From Candidatus Nitrospira inopinata (GTDB lineage Bacteria; Nitrospirota; Nitrospiria; Nitrospirales; Nitrospiraceae): a stretch of 32,000 bases of DNA. The stretch is from NCBI RefSeq assembly GCF_001458695.1, contig NZ_LN885086.1, positions 1,590,001-1,622,000 on the forward strand, read 5' to 3'. The position numbers and the translations under genes are program-made. This document shows positions 9,493-17,847 of the stretch, piece by piece (position 1 is the first letter of the stretch; every line of letters starts with the position of its first letter). The notes under the pieces were generated by a model, which was not told the DNA's origin, searched no databases, and worked only from the letters and a program-made list of their open reading frames with translations.

Positions 9493-10150
9493 GGTCTTGA
9501 TCGTCGATGATCATCGAGTCGTGCGAGAGGGGCTGGTCGCGATTCTCAAGACCAAAGAAGACATTCAGGTGGTCGGCGAGGCGCAGGACGGCATCGAGGC
9601 GGTCGAGAAGGCCCGCGCCCTGGTTCCGGACGTGATCCTGATGGACGTGAGCATGCCGCGGATGGGAGGAGTCGAGGCGACCAGGCAAATCAAACGCGAG
9701 TTCCCGCACATCGGCATCGTCGCGCTGACCATGTATGAAGAACAGCAATACATCTTCGATCTCGTACGGGCTGGGGCCACCGGCTATCTGTTGAAAGACT
9801 CCGAATCATCGCAGATCGTGGCCGCCATCCGGGCCCTGTACCGGGGTGAGTCGCTCATTCAGCCGTCCGTGGCCAGCAAAATTTTGGCCGAGTTTTCCCT
9901 CATGGCCCAGAAAAAAGGCAAGAAGCCGGCCTGGGCCGAACATGACCTCACGGAACGGGAAGTCACCGTCTTGCGACTGGTCGCCGACGGCAAGACCAAC
10001 AAGGAAATCGCCAACCACCTGGATCTCAGTGAGAAGACCGTTAAAAATCACGTCCGGAACATCTTCCACAAGCTGCAAGTGTACGACCGCACCCAAGCCG
10101 CCATCCTCGCCATCCGCAAGGGCTTGATCGAACTGGACCCGAAGCCGTAG
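9479..10150 (+). CDS. NarL/LuxR-family response regulator
   Basis: Receiver domain (VLIVDDH...DVILMDVSMP) plus LuxR HTH (LTEREVTVLRLVADGKTNKEIANHLDLSEKTVKNHVRNIFHKLQV). Overlaps the kinase stop by 14 nt, which suggests translational coupling. Confidence 0.9.
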   Translation: MEKIKVLIVDDHRVVREGLVAILKTKEDIQVVGEAQDGIEAVEKARALVPDVILMDVSMPRMGGVEATRQIKREFPHIGIVALTMYEEQQYIFDLVRAGATGYLLKDSESSQIVAAIRALYRGESLIQPSVASKILAEFSLMAQKKGKKPAWAEHDLTEREVTVLRLVADGKTNKEIANHLDLSEKTVKNHVRNIFHKLQVYDRTQAAILAIRKGLIELDPKP

Positions 10151-10383
10151 GTCCCGCTCCAACGGAACGAAGGGCAGATTCTCGGTAGAACCACTGCTCG
10201 GTTGGGCCGACGCCGGCGCGCGTCGCCGATGGCTCGCGGTCTGCGAGGCCCGCAAGGGGGTCGGTACGCTGGATGTTCGTTGATCGGACGGCAACGTCCA
10301 CAAAGGGGCCGGAGGTGAAACAACCCGGCGGCTCGTTTGAAATCAGATGCCTGATGGAAGAGACATTTTTAGGGTGACGGTCT

Positions 10384-10403
10384 GTATACGACGGTATACG
10401 ACG
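10384..10403. repeat. Perfect 10-bp tandem duplication GTATACGACG x2
   Basis: Read directly: tctGTATACGACGGTATACGACGgg. Lies in the convergent intergenic region, 13-32 nt past the stop of the 10416..11531 gene. Confidence 0.9.
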
Positions 10404-10415
10404 GGAGGGGGAAGA

Positions 10416-11531
10416 TCACCGCCCCATCATGGGCAGCACTGAAACGACGATGGACAGGGCGATCAGGACGATGATGATCCACTCCAACAGTTCCATCCGC
10501 CTGACGGCGGCGCGGTCGGACATTTTCCCGTAAATGCTGTTCAGCGTTTCGAGTTTCCGCAAGATGCTGGCGTCCCACTCTTCCAGGTGGAACCGTTGCG
10601 AGGCCAGGCGATAGACGCGGGCCAAATACTGGTCGCCGAACAGTTTTAAGGTGTTGGTCACTCGCTCAAAGAGCAGGGCGCCGTCCACCTGCAACTGAGC
10701 GATGTAGGTCGTGTCTTTTTCCGATGAGCCGGGAAACGGCAAGAAAGGCGGCTTGCGGGACAGGGTTTCATAGGCTTGATCCAACGCCTGATCGAGCTGA
10801 TTGTCGAGGATGCGCATCTCCAGCAGCTCGACATTGGCGAACGCCAACACCGCGCGCACGTCGTCCATGTCTTTGCCGAAGAGGACGGCGGCGTGCCAGT
10901 CGATGAGCGCGGCGTCTTCCCGACCGAAAGAAATGTGGCAAGCCATTGCGTCCTGCGTTTCTTGCGGGGAAAGCGGGGTCCGTTCTCCGCGGAGCACGTG
11001 AGCCAATTCGGTTTCAAGACTTATCCACGGAGGAGCATCTCCCGTCCAGGCGTAGGACTCGATTGAGAAAACGATGTAGTCTTCAACTTCCGGTGCGAGC
11101 GAAGGTCGCTCAATCGCCGGTTTGATGGCCTGGATCAGTTGCTCGACCCGCGCTCGGGATTCCACCAGCAACCGATCATTTTCGTAGAGCGATTCGCTCA
11201 GATCCAACAACGGCTCGAACGGGCCGTCGAGCGCAAATCGATAGGTAATGGTCACGGCTCCGAAGTCATAGACCATGAGCTCGACCAGAGGGCTCGATCG
11301 CGACGAGCCGATGGCCAGCGTGCCCCCTTCCTGCGTCAACCGCAAGGGCGCCGGATGGTACTCGAAATACTGGGGGGCTCTCGCCTTATGCCGGATCCGC
11401 CCCCGCTCGGTGCCTGCGGCAATGCGCCGCTCCGCTTCATCGATGTTCACGGAGAGGCCGATGTCGTAGGCGAACAGCGCGTAGCCCGTGCCGCTGGTGA
11501 TGGTGAGTATCGGCTGTGCTCCGGAAGCCAC
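10416..11531 (-). CDS. Hypothetical protein with single C-terminal TM anchor (possibly DUF155/RMD1-like)
   Basis: 371-aa ORF with protein-like composition. The C-terminal LLEWIIIVLIALSIVVSVLPMM helix and overall layout recall the RMD1/YagE (DUF155) family. This is remembered similarity only. Confidence 0.5.
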   Translation of the reverse strand: MASGAQPILTITSGTGYALFAYDIGLSVNIDEAERRIAAGTERGRIRHKARAPQYFEYHPAPLRLTQEGGTLAIGSSRSSPLVELMVYDFGAVTITYRFALDGPFEPLLDLSESLYENDRLLVESRARVEQLIQAIKPAIERPSLAPEVEDYIVFSIESYAWTGDAPPWISLETELAHVLRGERTPLSPQETQDAMACHISFGREDAALIDWHAAVLFGKDMDDVRAVLAFANVELLEMRILDNQLDQALDQAYETLSRKPPFLPFPGSSEKDTTYIAQLQVDGALLFERVTNTLKLFGDQYLARVYRLASQRFHLEEWDASILRKLETLNSIYGKMSDRAAVRRMELLEWIIIVLIALSIVVSVLPMMGR

Positions 11532-11859
11532 CTGTTTCTCTCGCGATCAGGACAAGGAGGTCGGGCGTCATCATAGCACCATTGGCGTGACGAGTCTCGA
11601 TCCGGCGTGTCGGGACCCGCCCGATCGCATGCCACGACGCTCCGCACCAAAGCGAACCGGTTTCCATTGCAACGAAAGGATGGTCACCTTCCTCACGATA
11701 TCGGTAAGAACGGCCCTCGCGGGGTTGATCCCGTCAATCGTTCTTCCAGGCGACCGATATACCGTACAACCTACCGAATCTTCTCCTGTTCATGGCGCCG
11801 TGATGATTTCTTGAGGCGGCTCAGATCGAACCGTAACGAAGACTCCGTAACGTTGTCAT

Positions 11860-11884
11860 CCAGGCATGCTGGTCACATGCCTGG
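11860..11884. repeat. Perfect 9-bp inverted repeat (CCAGGCATG-N7-CATGCCTGG)
   Basis: Read directly in the long non-coding region upstream of phoX. No adjoining T-tract on either strand. Confidence 0.8.
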
Positions 11885-12293
11885 TCAAGGCTTCATCCTC
11901 TTTTCATCGAACATTGTGGTGGATGGCATCCTCCCGTGTCGTCCGCCGCGCGGTGGGTGCCTGGCGGGCCAGTCGCCCACCGCCTCGCCCTCAACAAGGA
12001 TGTTGAGCGCGGTTGTTCTGTTCTGGCCTGTGGCTGTCGTGAAGACGGGCTCCCATGAGACGTCTTCAAGCCGACCGCGCAGCGGCCATTCTGTCTTAAT
12101 AAAACGGTGACACAGTATTGAGAATTCCCAGATTGTTCCGTGATCCATCCTTGCAAAAGTGCGCTATGCGCGGGCGACGGGATTTGGAAGCAGAACCATG
12201 GATTACGTCGAGCGTCCTGTTTACCGCCGAGAAACGGTGTGCGGCGACGCAGCGCGAGACATTCATTTCATTCATTCACAAGGGAGGTATGGT

Positions 12294-14300
12294 ATGTCAC
12301 AAGTCGACGACGATAGAAACGAGTGCAACGAGTCGGGCAACGAACGGGTTCACGACGTCGTGGAGGAACGGTTGTCTCGACGCAGCCTGCTGACCGGTGG
12401 GCTTGCGGCGGCCGCGGCCCTTTCGCTCGGCGGGGTGGAGGCGCTGTTGCGGGCGGTCCCGGCCATGGCCCGAGACGATCAGGATGATGATGACGACGAC
12501 AATGACAAGAGGGGCAAGAAACCTTTGCTGGGGTTCGAGAGTGTTCCCGTGTCCACCGCCGACGAGGTCATCGTTCCTAGAGGCTACAAAGCGGAGGTGT
12601 TGATCGCCTGGGGTGATCCGGTCTCGAACGGACCGGCCTTCCGTCAAGACGCAAGCAATACGGCCGATGAGCAGGCGCAGCAGAGCGGCATGCACCATGA
12701 CGGCCTCGTCTATTTCCCGATCGCGGGCTCTCAGCGCGGACTGCTCGTGCAAAATCACGAATACACCGACGACGGCCTGTTGTTTCCCGACGGCGTGGCG
12801 AATTGGAATGAAGAGAAGACGCGCAAGTCGCTCAACGCGCACGGGGTTTCGATCGTCGAAGTGGCGCGGCGGCCCGGCTTTTTCCGGGGACGAAAAAAAG
12901 ACCGTGAGTGGGAGGTCGTGCGCCCGTCCCGTTTTGCCCGGCGCATCACCGGCCTCACGCCGATCGAAATGGGCGGTCCGGCCGCGGGCGATCCTCGGTT
13001 TGTGACGAGCGAAGATCCGACCGGGCGTCGTGTGCTGGGGACATTGAACAACTGCGCCATGGGGTTTACACCCTGGGGCACCTATTTGGCCTGCGAGGAA
13101 AACTTCAACGGCTATTTCCGCAAAAATGGCCCGCAGACCCAGATGGAACGTCGGTACGGCATCACGGCGGCGGGATTCGGGTATCTCTGGCACACGACCG
13201 ACCGGCGGTTCCGCGTGGATGACGAGCCCAATGAGCCGAACCGCTTCGGCTGGGTGGTGGAGATCGATCCGTTCAAGCCCAACTCGACGCCGGTCAAGCG
13301 AACGGCGTTGGGTCGGTTCAAACACGAGGGCGCCAAGGTGCAGGTGGCCAAGAACGGACGAGTCGTGGTCTATTCCGGAGACGATGAACGAAACGAATAC
13401 ATTTATAAATATATCTCCAATCAGCCGTGGCGCGTGGCCAGGGCGCGCGGTGTGAGCCCGTTGGACGACGGGATTCTCTATGTCGCGAAGTTTCATGCGG
13501 ACGGCACGGGCGAGTGGTTGCCGCTCACGCCGGACAATCCTCGGCTGGCCGGCTGGTCGTTGAACGACATTCTCATCAATACCCGGAGCGCGGCGGACGC
13601 CGCCGGGGCGACGATGATGGACCGGCCGGAGTGGATTGACACCTTCCCGAAAGCGCTGGCCGGCATCGTGACATTGACGAACAACAATCGGAGAGGCTCC
13701 AACCCGCCATCAGTGAACAATCCAGACGGCAGCACGGCCGCCGGCTCCGCCCGGCCTCCCGTGGACGCGGCCAATCCACGGGCGATCAACAACTATGGAC
13801 ATCTCCTCCGATGGCACTACCGCCACGATTGGACGGATCTGGTGTTCGGATGGGACGTTTTCCAGCTTTGCGGCGATCCGGCCAATCCTGCTCACGGCTC
13901 GACGATCATCGGAGACAAGTACGGCTCTCCGGACGGTCTCTATGTGGACCCGAAGGGGCTGCTCTGGGTGCAAACTGATGTCTCGACCAGCACGATCAAC
14001 AGTGGGAACTACGCCGGGTTCGGTCACAATTGTATGCTGGCGATTGATCCCGAAACGAGAGAAACGCGCCGGTTCTTGGTCGGGCCGGCTCAATGCGAAA
14101 TCACGGGCGTGATGGTATCGCCGGACGAGCGAACCATGTTCGTCGGTATCCAGCACCCGGGCGAACGGCCGGACGATCTGCCCGGCGATCCGGCAAATCC
14201 GAAACAGTTCAGCTCTTGGCCGGATGGCCCGTCTGGCGGACGGCCTCGGTCGGCCTGTATCGTCATTACGAAAGACGATGGCGGAAGGATCGGGAGCTAA
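12294..14300 (+). CDS. phoX: PhoX-family (DUF839) alkaline phosphatase, Tat-exported
   Basis: Start moved to the ATG at 12294 (SD AGGGAGG at 12281-12287). Twin-arginine signal SRRSLLTGGLAAAAALSLGG...AMA. The GFESVPVSTADEVIVPRGYKAEVLIAWGDPV start and the long beta-propeller-like body are typical of PhoX. Confidence 0.85.
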   Translation: MSQVDDDRNECNESGNERVHDVVEERLSRRSLLTGGLAAAAALSLGGVEALLRAVPAMARDDQDDDDDDNDKRGKKPLLGFESVPVSTADEVIVPRGYKAEVLIAWGDPVSNGPAFRQDASNTADEQAQQSGMHHDGLVYFPIAGSQRGLLVQNHEYTDDGLLFPDGVANWNEEKTRKSLNAHGVSIVEVARRPGFFRGRKKDREWEVVRPSRFARRITGLTPIEMGGPAAGDPRFVTSEDPTGRRVLGTLNNCAMGFTPWGTYLACEENFNGYFRKNGPQTQMERRYGITAAGFGYLWHTTDRRFRVDDEPNEPNRFGWVVEIDPFKPNSTPVKRTALGRFKHEGAKVQVAKNGRVVVYSGDDERNEYIYKYISNQPWRVARARGVSPLDDGILYVAKFHADGTGEWLPLTPDNPRLAGWSLNDILINTRSAADAAGATMMDRPEWIDTFPKALAGIVTLTNNNRRGSNPPSVNNPDGSTAAGSARPPVDAANPRAINNYGHLLRWHYRHDWTDLVFGWDVFQLCGDPANPAHGSTIIGDKYGSPDGLYVDPKGLLWVQTDVSTSTINSGNYAGFGHNCMLAIDPETRETRRFLVGPAQCEITGVMVSPDERTMFVGIQHPGERPDDLPGDPANPKQFSSWPDGPSGGRPRSACIVITKDDGGRIGS

Positions 14301-14333
14301 CGACGGGGCTTCTTTCTTCTTGCCGGTTCTGAA

Positions 14334-14362
14334 TCCGACCGTGTCGTGACGACACGGTCGGA
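14334..14362 (+). terminator. Strong hairpin downstream of phoX (13-bp stem, 3-nt loop, no U-tract)
   Basis: TCCGACCGTGTCG-TGA-CGACACGGTCGGA, 34 nt after the phoX stop. Confidence 0.45.
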
Positions 14363-14382
14363 CCTCCATGATGGGATGGGGA

Positions 14383-14415
14383 GTTGTGCGCGACGGGAAG
14401 CCCGTCGCGCACAAC
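14383..14415 (+). terminator. Second strong hairpin downstream of phoX (15-bp stem, 3-nt loop)
   Basis: GTTGTGCGCGACGGG-AAG-CCCGTCGCGCACAAC, followed by CCAATTCTTCATCTC (weakly T-rich). Confidence 0.5.
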
Positions 14416-14628
14416 CCAATTCTTCATCTCTCGCCTATGCCGCTCATGAGTTGAAAGCCCGCCGTTGGATGTGAAGAACGACCGCCTGGATTCAAGAATC
14501 GTCAGAAGCGACGAGAGAGAAAGCGCCGAAAGATAAAGAGGACATGTTCAATCCGTGGGGCGCACAAGAAGCCTGCATCGGCGCGCTCTGTGCCGAGTCA
14601 AGCCGACTTCAGGGAAGGACAAAGAGGG

Positions 14629-14844
14629 TTAAACCTCGATAAACCGACCGTGCCTTCCATGACCGCGCCTATAAGTGGGCGTGCGAGGCCTGCTAAAAAC
14701 GGATCGTTGGCGCCGCATCCGATTGTGAATGATCACCCGATCCACGACGTCCCCGCAGTGGATGCATCGCAGAGCAGAGATCCGCACTCCTCCCTCACAA
14801 ATCATTTCTGGCACTCGCATGCCGTTACAGCGGGAACATTGCAT
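14629..14844 (-). CDS. Small zinc-ribbon protein (CxxC...CxxC) with basic tail
   Basis: ATG at 14844 preceded by AAGGAGGTTGGTC. Product is MQCSRCNGMRVPEMICEGGVRISALRCIHCGDVVDRVIIHNRMRRQR... Confidence 0.55.
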   Translation of the reverse strand: MQCSRCNGMRVPEMICEGGVRISALRCIHCGDVVDRVIIHNRMRRQRSVFSRPRTPTYRRGHGRHGRFIEV

Positions 14845-15024
14845 GACCAACCTCCTTGACGTGTGACGGACTCAGCGGATGGCCGCCGTGACGTTCATCC
14901 TGCTTGTCGTATAAAGAAATCCGCACGGGGGCCAGGTTTTGAAGGGAAGACGCAGTTGGATGCCGCGACGAGCGGGCGCCGGACGAGCGATCGCGGCATG
15001 GAGCCTTTGTACCATGATCATGGC

Positions 15025-15444
15025 TTACTCCTGTTCAATGAGCGTGAGACACGGGACGCAAAAGACCGTGTCCGGCTTGACGGTCAGCCGCTTGTACGGA
15101 ATTTCTTCGTGGCACCGACGGCATCGACCGTATTCCTTGGTTTGAATCAAACGCAGGGCGCGCTCGATGCGGTGCAATTGCTCAAGGGTCCGGATTCTGG
15201 TCTGAATGGCCAACTCTTGTTCCAGTCCTTCCGTGGCTTGGTCGAGCGGGTCAGGCTGCGCCTCCGCTTCCCTCTCGGCCAGGCGCGAGAGATGGGCGTT
15301 CGCCAGGAGCATGGCCCGCTGCCTCGTGAGTTTGGTTTGGAGCATCAGACGGCGTTTCCCGGTCACCGGCTTTGCGTGAGTCGGACCGGGATTGTGCGAG
15401 AGCGGTGCGCGCCCGGGCGGTCGAGATGGTGTCAGCGCCGGCAT
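15025..15444 (-). CDS. DksA/TraR-family C4 zinc-finger protein
   Basis: Start placed at ATG 15444 (SD AAAGGAG, 6-nt spacer). Coiled-coil region followed by CRRCHEEIPYKRLTVKPDTVFCVPC (CxxC-N17-CxxC). Confidence 0.8.
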   Translation of the reverse strand: MPALTPSRPPGRAPLSHNPGPTHAKPVTGKRRLMLQTKLTRQRAMLLANAHLSRLAEREAEAQPDPLDQATEGLEQELAIQTRIRTLEQLHRIERALRLIQTKEYGRCRRCHEEIPYKRLTVKPDTVFCVPCLTLIEQE

Positions 15445-15698
15445 GGAAGACTCCTTTCTCAAGCGATTGGTAGAGCGATTGTATAGGGGACAGGCACACC
15501 GCCGTTTCAGGATGCGCTCAATTCTTTGTAACGGACTTCCGTGAGACAGCGGGGCTTGCTTCAATGGACCATAGCAAGGCGGGGTCCCCGACGCGACGAC
15601 GTTTCATCGGACATATGGAATGGCGCAACGAGTGGATCGCAATCGGCGACGAACTGACGACACGAGACTGGACGGCAGGAGAGGAAACAGCGTATCGG

Positions 15699-15992
15699 CT
15701 AACGACAAGTCGTCTTTTCCCAGCGCTCTGATCGCTGGTCTTCGTCAAAATAGATCCGGTACCCCACGCAGCGGGAGTCGCCCGCCAAGAATTCGTATTC
15801 CCAGACTTCGGTATTCTTGGGCGGGAGTCTTTTCAATCGCTGGGGGTAGCCGAACTGCCGGATCATGTCGGCTTGGGCAAGCCGGCCGACGGAGGTTTCC
15901 AGATTTTCGACTCGTGGGTCGTGGCCGCACGACAGAACAAATAGAAACAGGAAGGCCGGGAAGAAACGGCACACACTCAATAACGTTGACAT
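15699..15992 (-). CDS. Small putative lipoprotein
   Basis: MSTLLSVCRFFPAFLFLFVLSCGHD has a lipobox (L-S-C). The mature part is ~75 aa. The start (15992 vs 16022) is uncertain and there is no clear SD. Confidence 0.5.
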   Translation of the reverse strand: MSTLLSVCRFFPAFLFLFVLSCGHDPRVENLETSVGRLAQADMIRQFGYPQRLKRLPPKNTEVWEYEFLAGDSRCVGYRIYFDEDQRSERWEKTTCR

Positions 15993-16072
15993 CGCAAGGC
16001 TCGGCGGTGATCCATGGAACATCGGTGATCGACCATCGGCGGTCCGTATGATGCGGCGCCGACGAAGGAGAA

Positions 16073-16906
16073 TCAAGCGGCGGCCACGGGCGAGGAGGAT
16101 CCGTGCGCATCGGGGAGAGGAGAAGCATTCGACCCGAGGGGGAACGTTGCCGGATCCGCCAGACTCCGCTCGACGGCCTTTTGGCACAGGGCGGCCAAGC
16201 GGCGGCGATCGCCCATCGAGCCGTCGATGGGGGGCGAGAACGACAGGCGCGCGATCGTGGTCGGCCGAGACAGCACGTTCAGAATCGACGACACCAACGA
16301 CTCGTCGCCGACGAAGGCGATGCCAGCATCGGGCGAACCGTCGGGCTTCAGGTAACTGATGCCGACCGGCCGGACCGGCGCGTTGGCTCGGATGGCGGAC
16401 TCGAATAATCCTGAGTGGAACGTGTGAACGGACGTGCCGTCGGTGGTTGTGCCTTCGGGGAAAAAAGCGATGCAGCCTCCCTGATGGAGAACCAACGAGG
16501 TTGCCCGCATGACATCAGCGAGTTCGTGCGGGCTCGTTCGCTTGAAGAACCACGTGCCGGTCTGAGAAGCAAGGTAGCCGATAATCGGCCATCCCTTCAC
16601 TTCTTTCTTGGCGATGAACCGCATCGGTTGCCAAGAAAGCAGTAACAGGATATCGATCCACGAAATATGATTGGCGACGAACACGGTGGATGACAGTGGT
16701 GTGGCCGGTATCTCTCCGTGGATCACCACATGAATCTGAAGGAGATCCAGCACCTCTCGGCACCAACGTTCGATGATGCCGTCGTGCCGAGAGGACTCGA
16801 TACGGGGGAAGACCAGGCAGACCAGGATGAGCGCCTCGGCCAACTTGCCGATCAGACGGATGCCGCGGCCTATTCTGGTCAGACAGCCGGTGCGAGCGCT
16901 TGGCAT
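16073..16906 (-). CDS. olsA: Lyso-ornithine lipid O-acyltransferase (PlsC/LPLAT family)
   Basis: NHISWIDI (HX4D) and FPEGTT acyltransferase motifs. Lies directly downstream of, and overlaps, olsB. The N-terminal extension of the 467-aa track ORF is an out-of-frame overlap with olsB and is discarded. Confidence 0.75.
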   Translation of the reverse strand: MPSARTGCLTRIGRGIRLIGKLAEALILVCLVFPRIESSRHDGIIERWCREVLDLLQIHVVIHGEIPATPLSSTVFVANHISWIDILLLLSWQPMRFIAKKEVKGWPIIGYLASQTGTWFFKRTSPHELADVMRATSLVLHQGGCIAFFPEGTTTDGTSVHTFHSGLFESAIRANAPVRPVGISYLKPDGSPDAGIAFVGDESLVSSILNVLSRPTTIARLSFSPPIDGSMGDRRRLAALCQKAVERSLADPATFPLGSNASPLPDAHGSSSPVAAA

Positions 16907-17652
16907 GACGTTCCCAGAAAATGGCGGGCGTACCGCGAATCCATTCGCGAAAGAGGCAGCAACATCAGCAAGTCGGCGGTGTTGAATTGCTCGTCCCATG
17001 CGGGCTCTCCGCAAATAAAGGCGCCCAGGCGCACGTAGCCTTTCACCAACGGAGGCAAGGTCGGTTTTCCGACCGACGTTCTGACGCCGATGGGATAGGG
17101 GCGGTGGGGGACGACGCGCCAGTAGCCGGGGCTCATGCAGGTCTCGCGAAGGTGCAGATAGGTTGCGGTCGCCTGCGCTCCGCCGTCGGCGAGGCTGATG
17201 CTGGCGCAGCCCATCAGATATTCGTACCCGCCGGCGATCATGTATTGCGCCAGTCCGGCCCAGAGCAGCGTGATGACGGCGCCCTGGCGATAGTCGGGAT
17301 GGATGCACGAACGGCCGACTTCGACCAGGCGCGGAGCCAGCGGCTTCAAGTTGCTCAAGTCGAATTCGGATTCGGAGTAGAACCGGCCGACTTCTCGTGC
17401 CTTCCAAGCGGTCAGGATGCGATACGTCCCCACGACCATGTCTTGTCGGACGTCGCGCACGATCAGATGATCGCAAAAAGAGTCGAACTCATCTTCGTCA
17501 ACACCCGGCGAGCCGAGCGGGAGCCGCGCTCCGCATTCCTCGGCGAAAACCCGGTGCCGAAGCTGTTGGGCTTGACGCACGTCGATCGGAGACTTGGCCA
17601 GGGATACCGCGAGGGTGGGGCGCCGAGCATCGTGGTCGTCGAGTGCTTCCAT
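16879..17652 (-). CDS. olsB: Ornithine lipid N-acyltransferase (GNAT, OlsB/hemolysin-like family)
   Basis: ATG at 17652 after AAGGAGGGAG. AQQLRHRVFAEECG...DEFDSFCDHLIVRD...VVGTYRIL...FYSESEFDL matches the remembered OlsB family signature. Paired with the PlsC-type gene. Confidence 0.8.
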   Translation of the reverse strand: MEALDDHDARRPTLAVSLAKSPIDVRQAQQLRHRVFAEECGARLPLGSPGVDEDEFDSFCDHLIVRDVRQDMVVGTYRILTAWKAREVGRFYSESEFDLSNLKPLAPRLVEVGRSCIHPDYRQGAVITLLWAGLAQYMIAGGYEYLMGCASISLADGGAQATATYLHLRETCMSPGYWRVVPHRPYPIGVRTSVGKPTLPPLVKGYVRLGAFICGEPAWDEQFNTADLLMLLPLSRMDSRYARHFLGTSCQALAPAV

Positions 17653-17775
17653 GGTCTTCTCCCTCCTTCTGAAAGCGGACATGCTTTCGTTTCCAATGTG
17701 GCAGGAAGAAGTAACAAGACCCTAAAGTCATCATGAATCGCCGGTTAAATCTGTTTGGGTCGTGGTCGCGAAGGC

Positions 17776-17799
17776 GAAAAATCCGCGCGGGCATCGGAT
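17776..17799 (-). terminator. Weak Rho-independent-type terminator after the response regulator gene
   Basis: Minus strand reads GATCCG-ATGCCCGCG-CGGATTTTTCG: a short stem followed by a T5 run, ~50 nt after the stop at 17848. Confidence 0.35.
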
Positions 17800-17847
17800 C
17801 GTTCGAGAGAGGGTGTTGCGGGAGAGAAGAAGAGATGGCGCGTCAGG

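Noticed and set aside
11698-11770. tRNA-sized (73 nt) structured element with a GGTTGATCC T-loop-like motif.
   Set aside because: It folds as one long nested hairpin, not a cloverleaf, with no acceptor, D or anticodon arm arrangement. It is kept only as an unexplained structure within the phoX leader finding.
12089-12112. Possible E. coli-type Pho box (CTGTCTTAATAAAACGGTGACAC) upstream of phoX.
   Set aside because: Only the first half-site resembles CTGTCAT. The second half at the 11-bp offset (AAACGGT) does not match.
14544-14642. 32-codon plus-strand ORF (MFNPWGAQEACIGALC...) downstream of phoX.
   Set aside because: The purine run AGAGGA sits too close to the ATG. There are no motifs, and it overlaps the 3' end of the minus-strand zinc-ribbon gene.
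16907-17476. N-terminal 190-aa extension of the olsA ORF (the 467-aa track ORF).
   Set aside because: It is an out-of-frame overlap with olsB, Arg/Pro-rich and without domain features. The acyltransferase region begins after the ATG at 16906.
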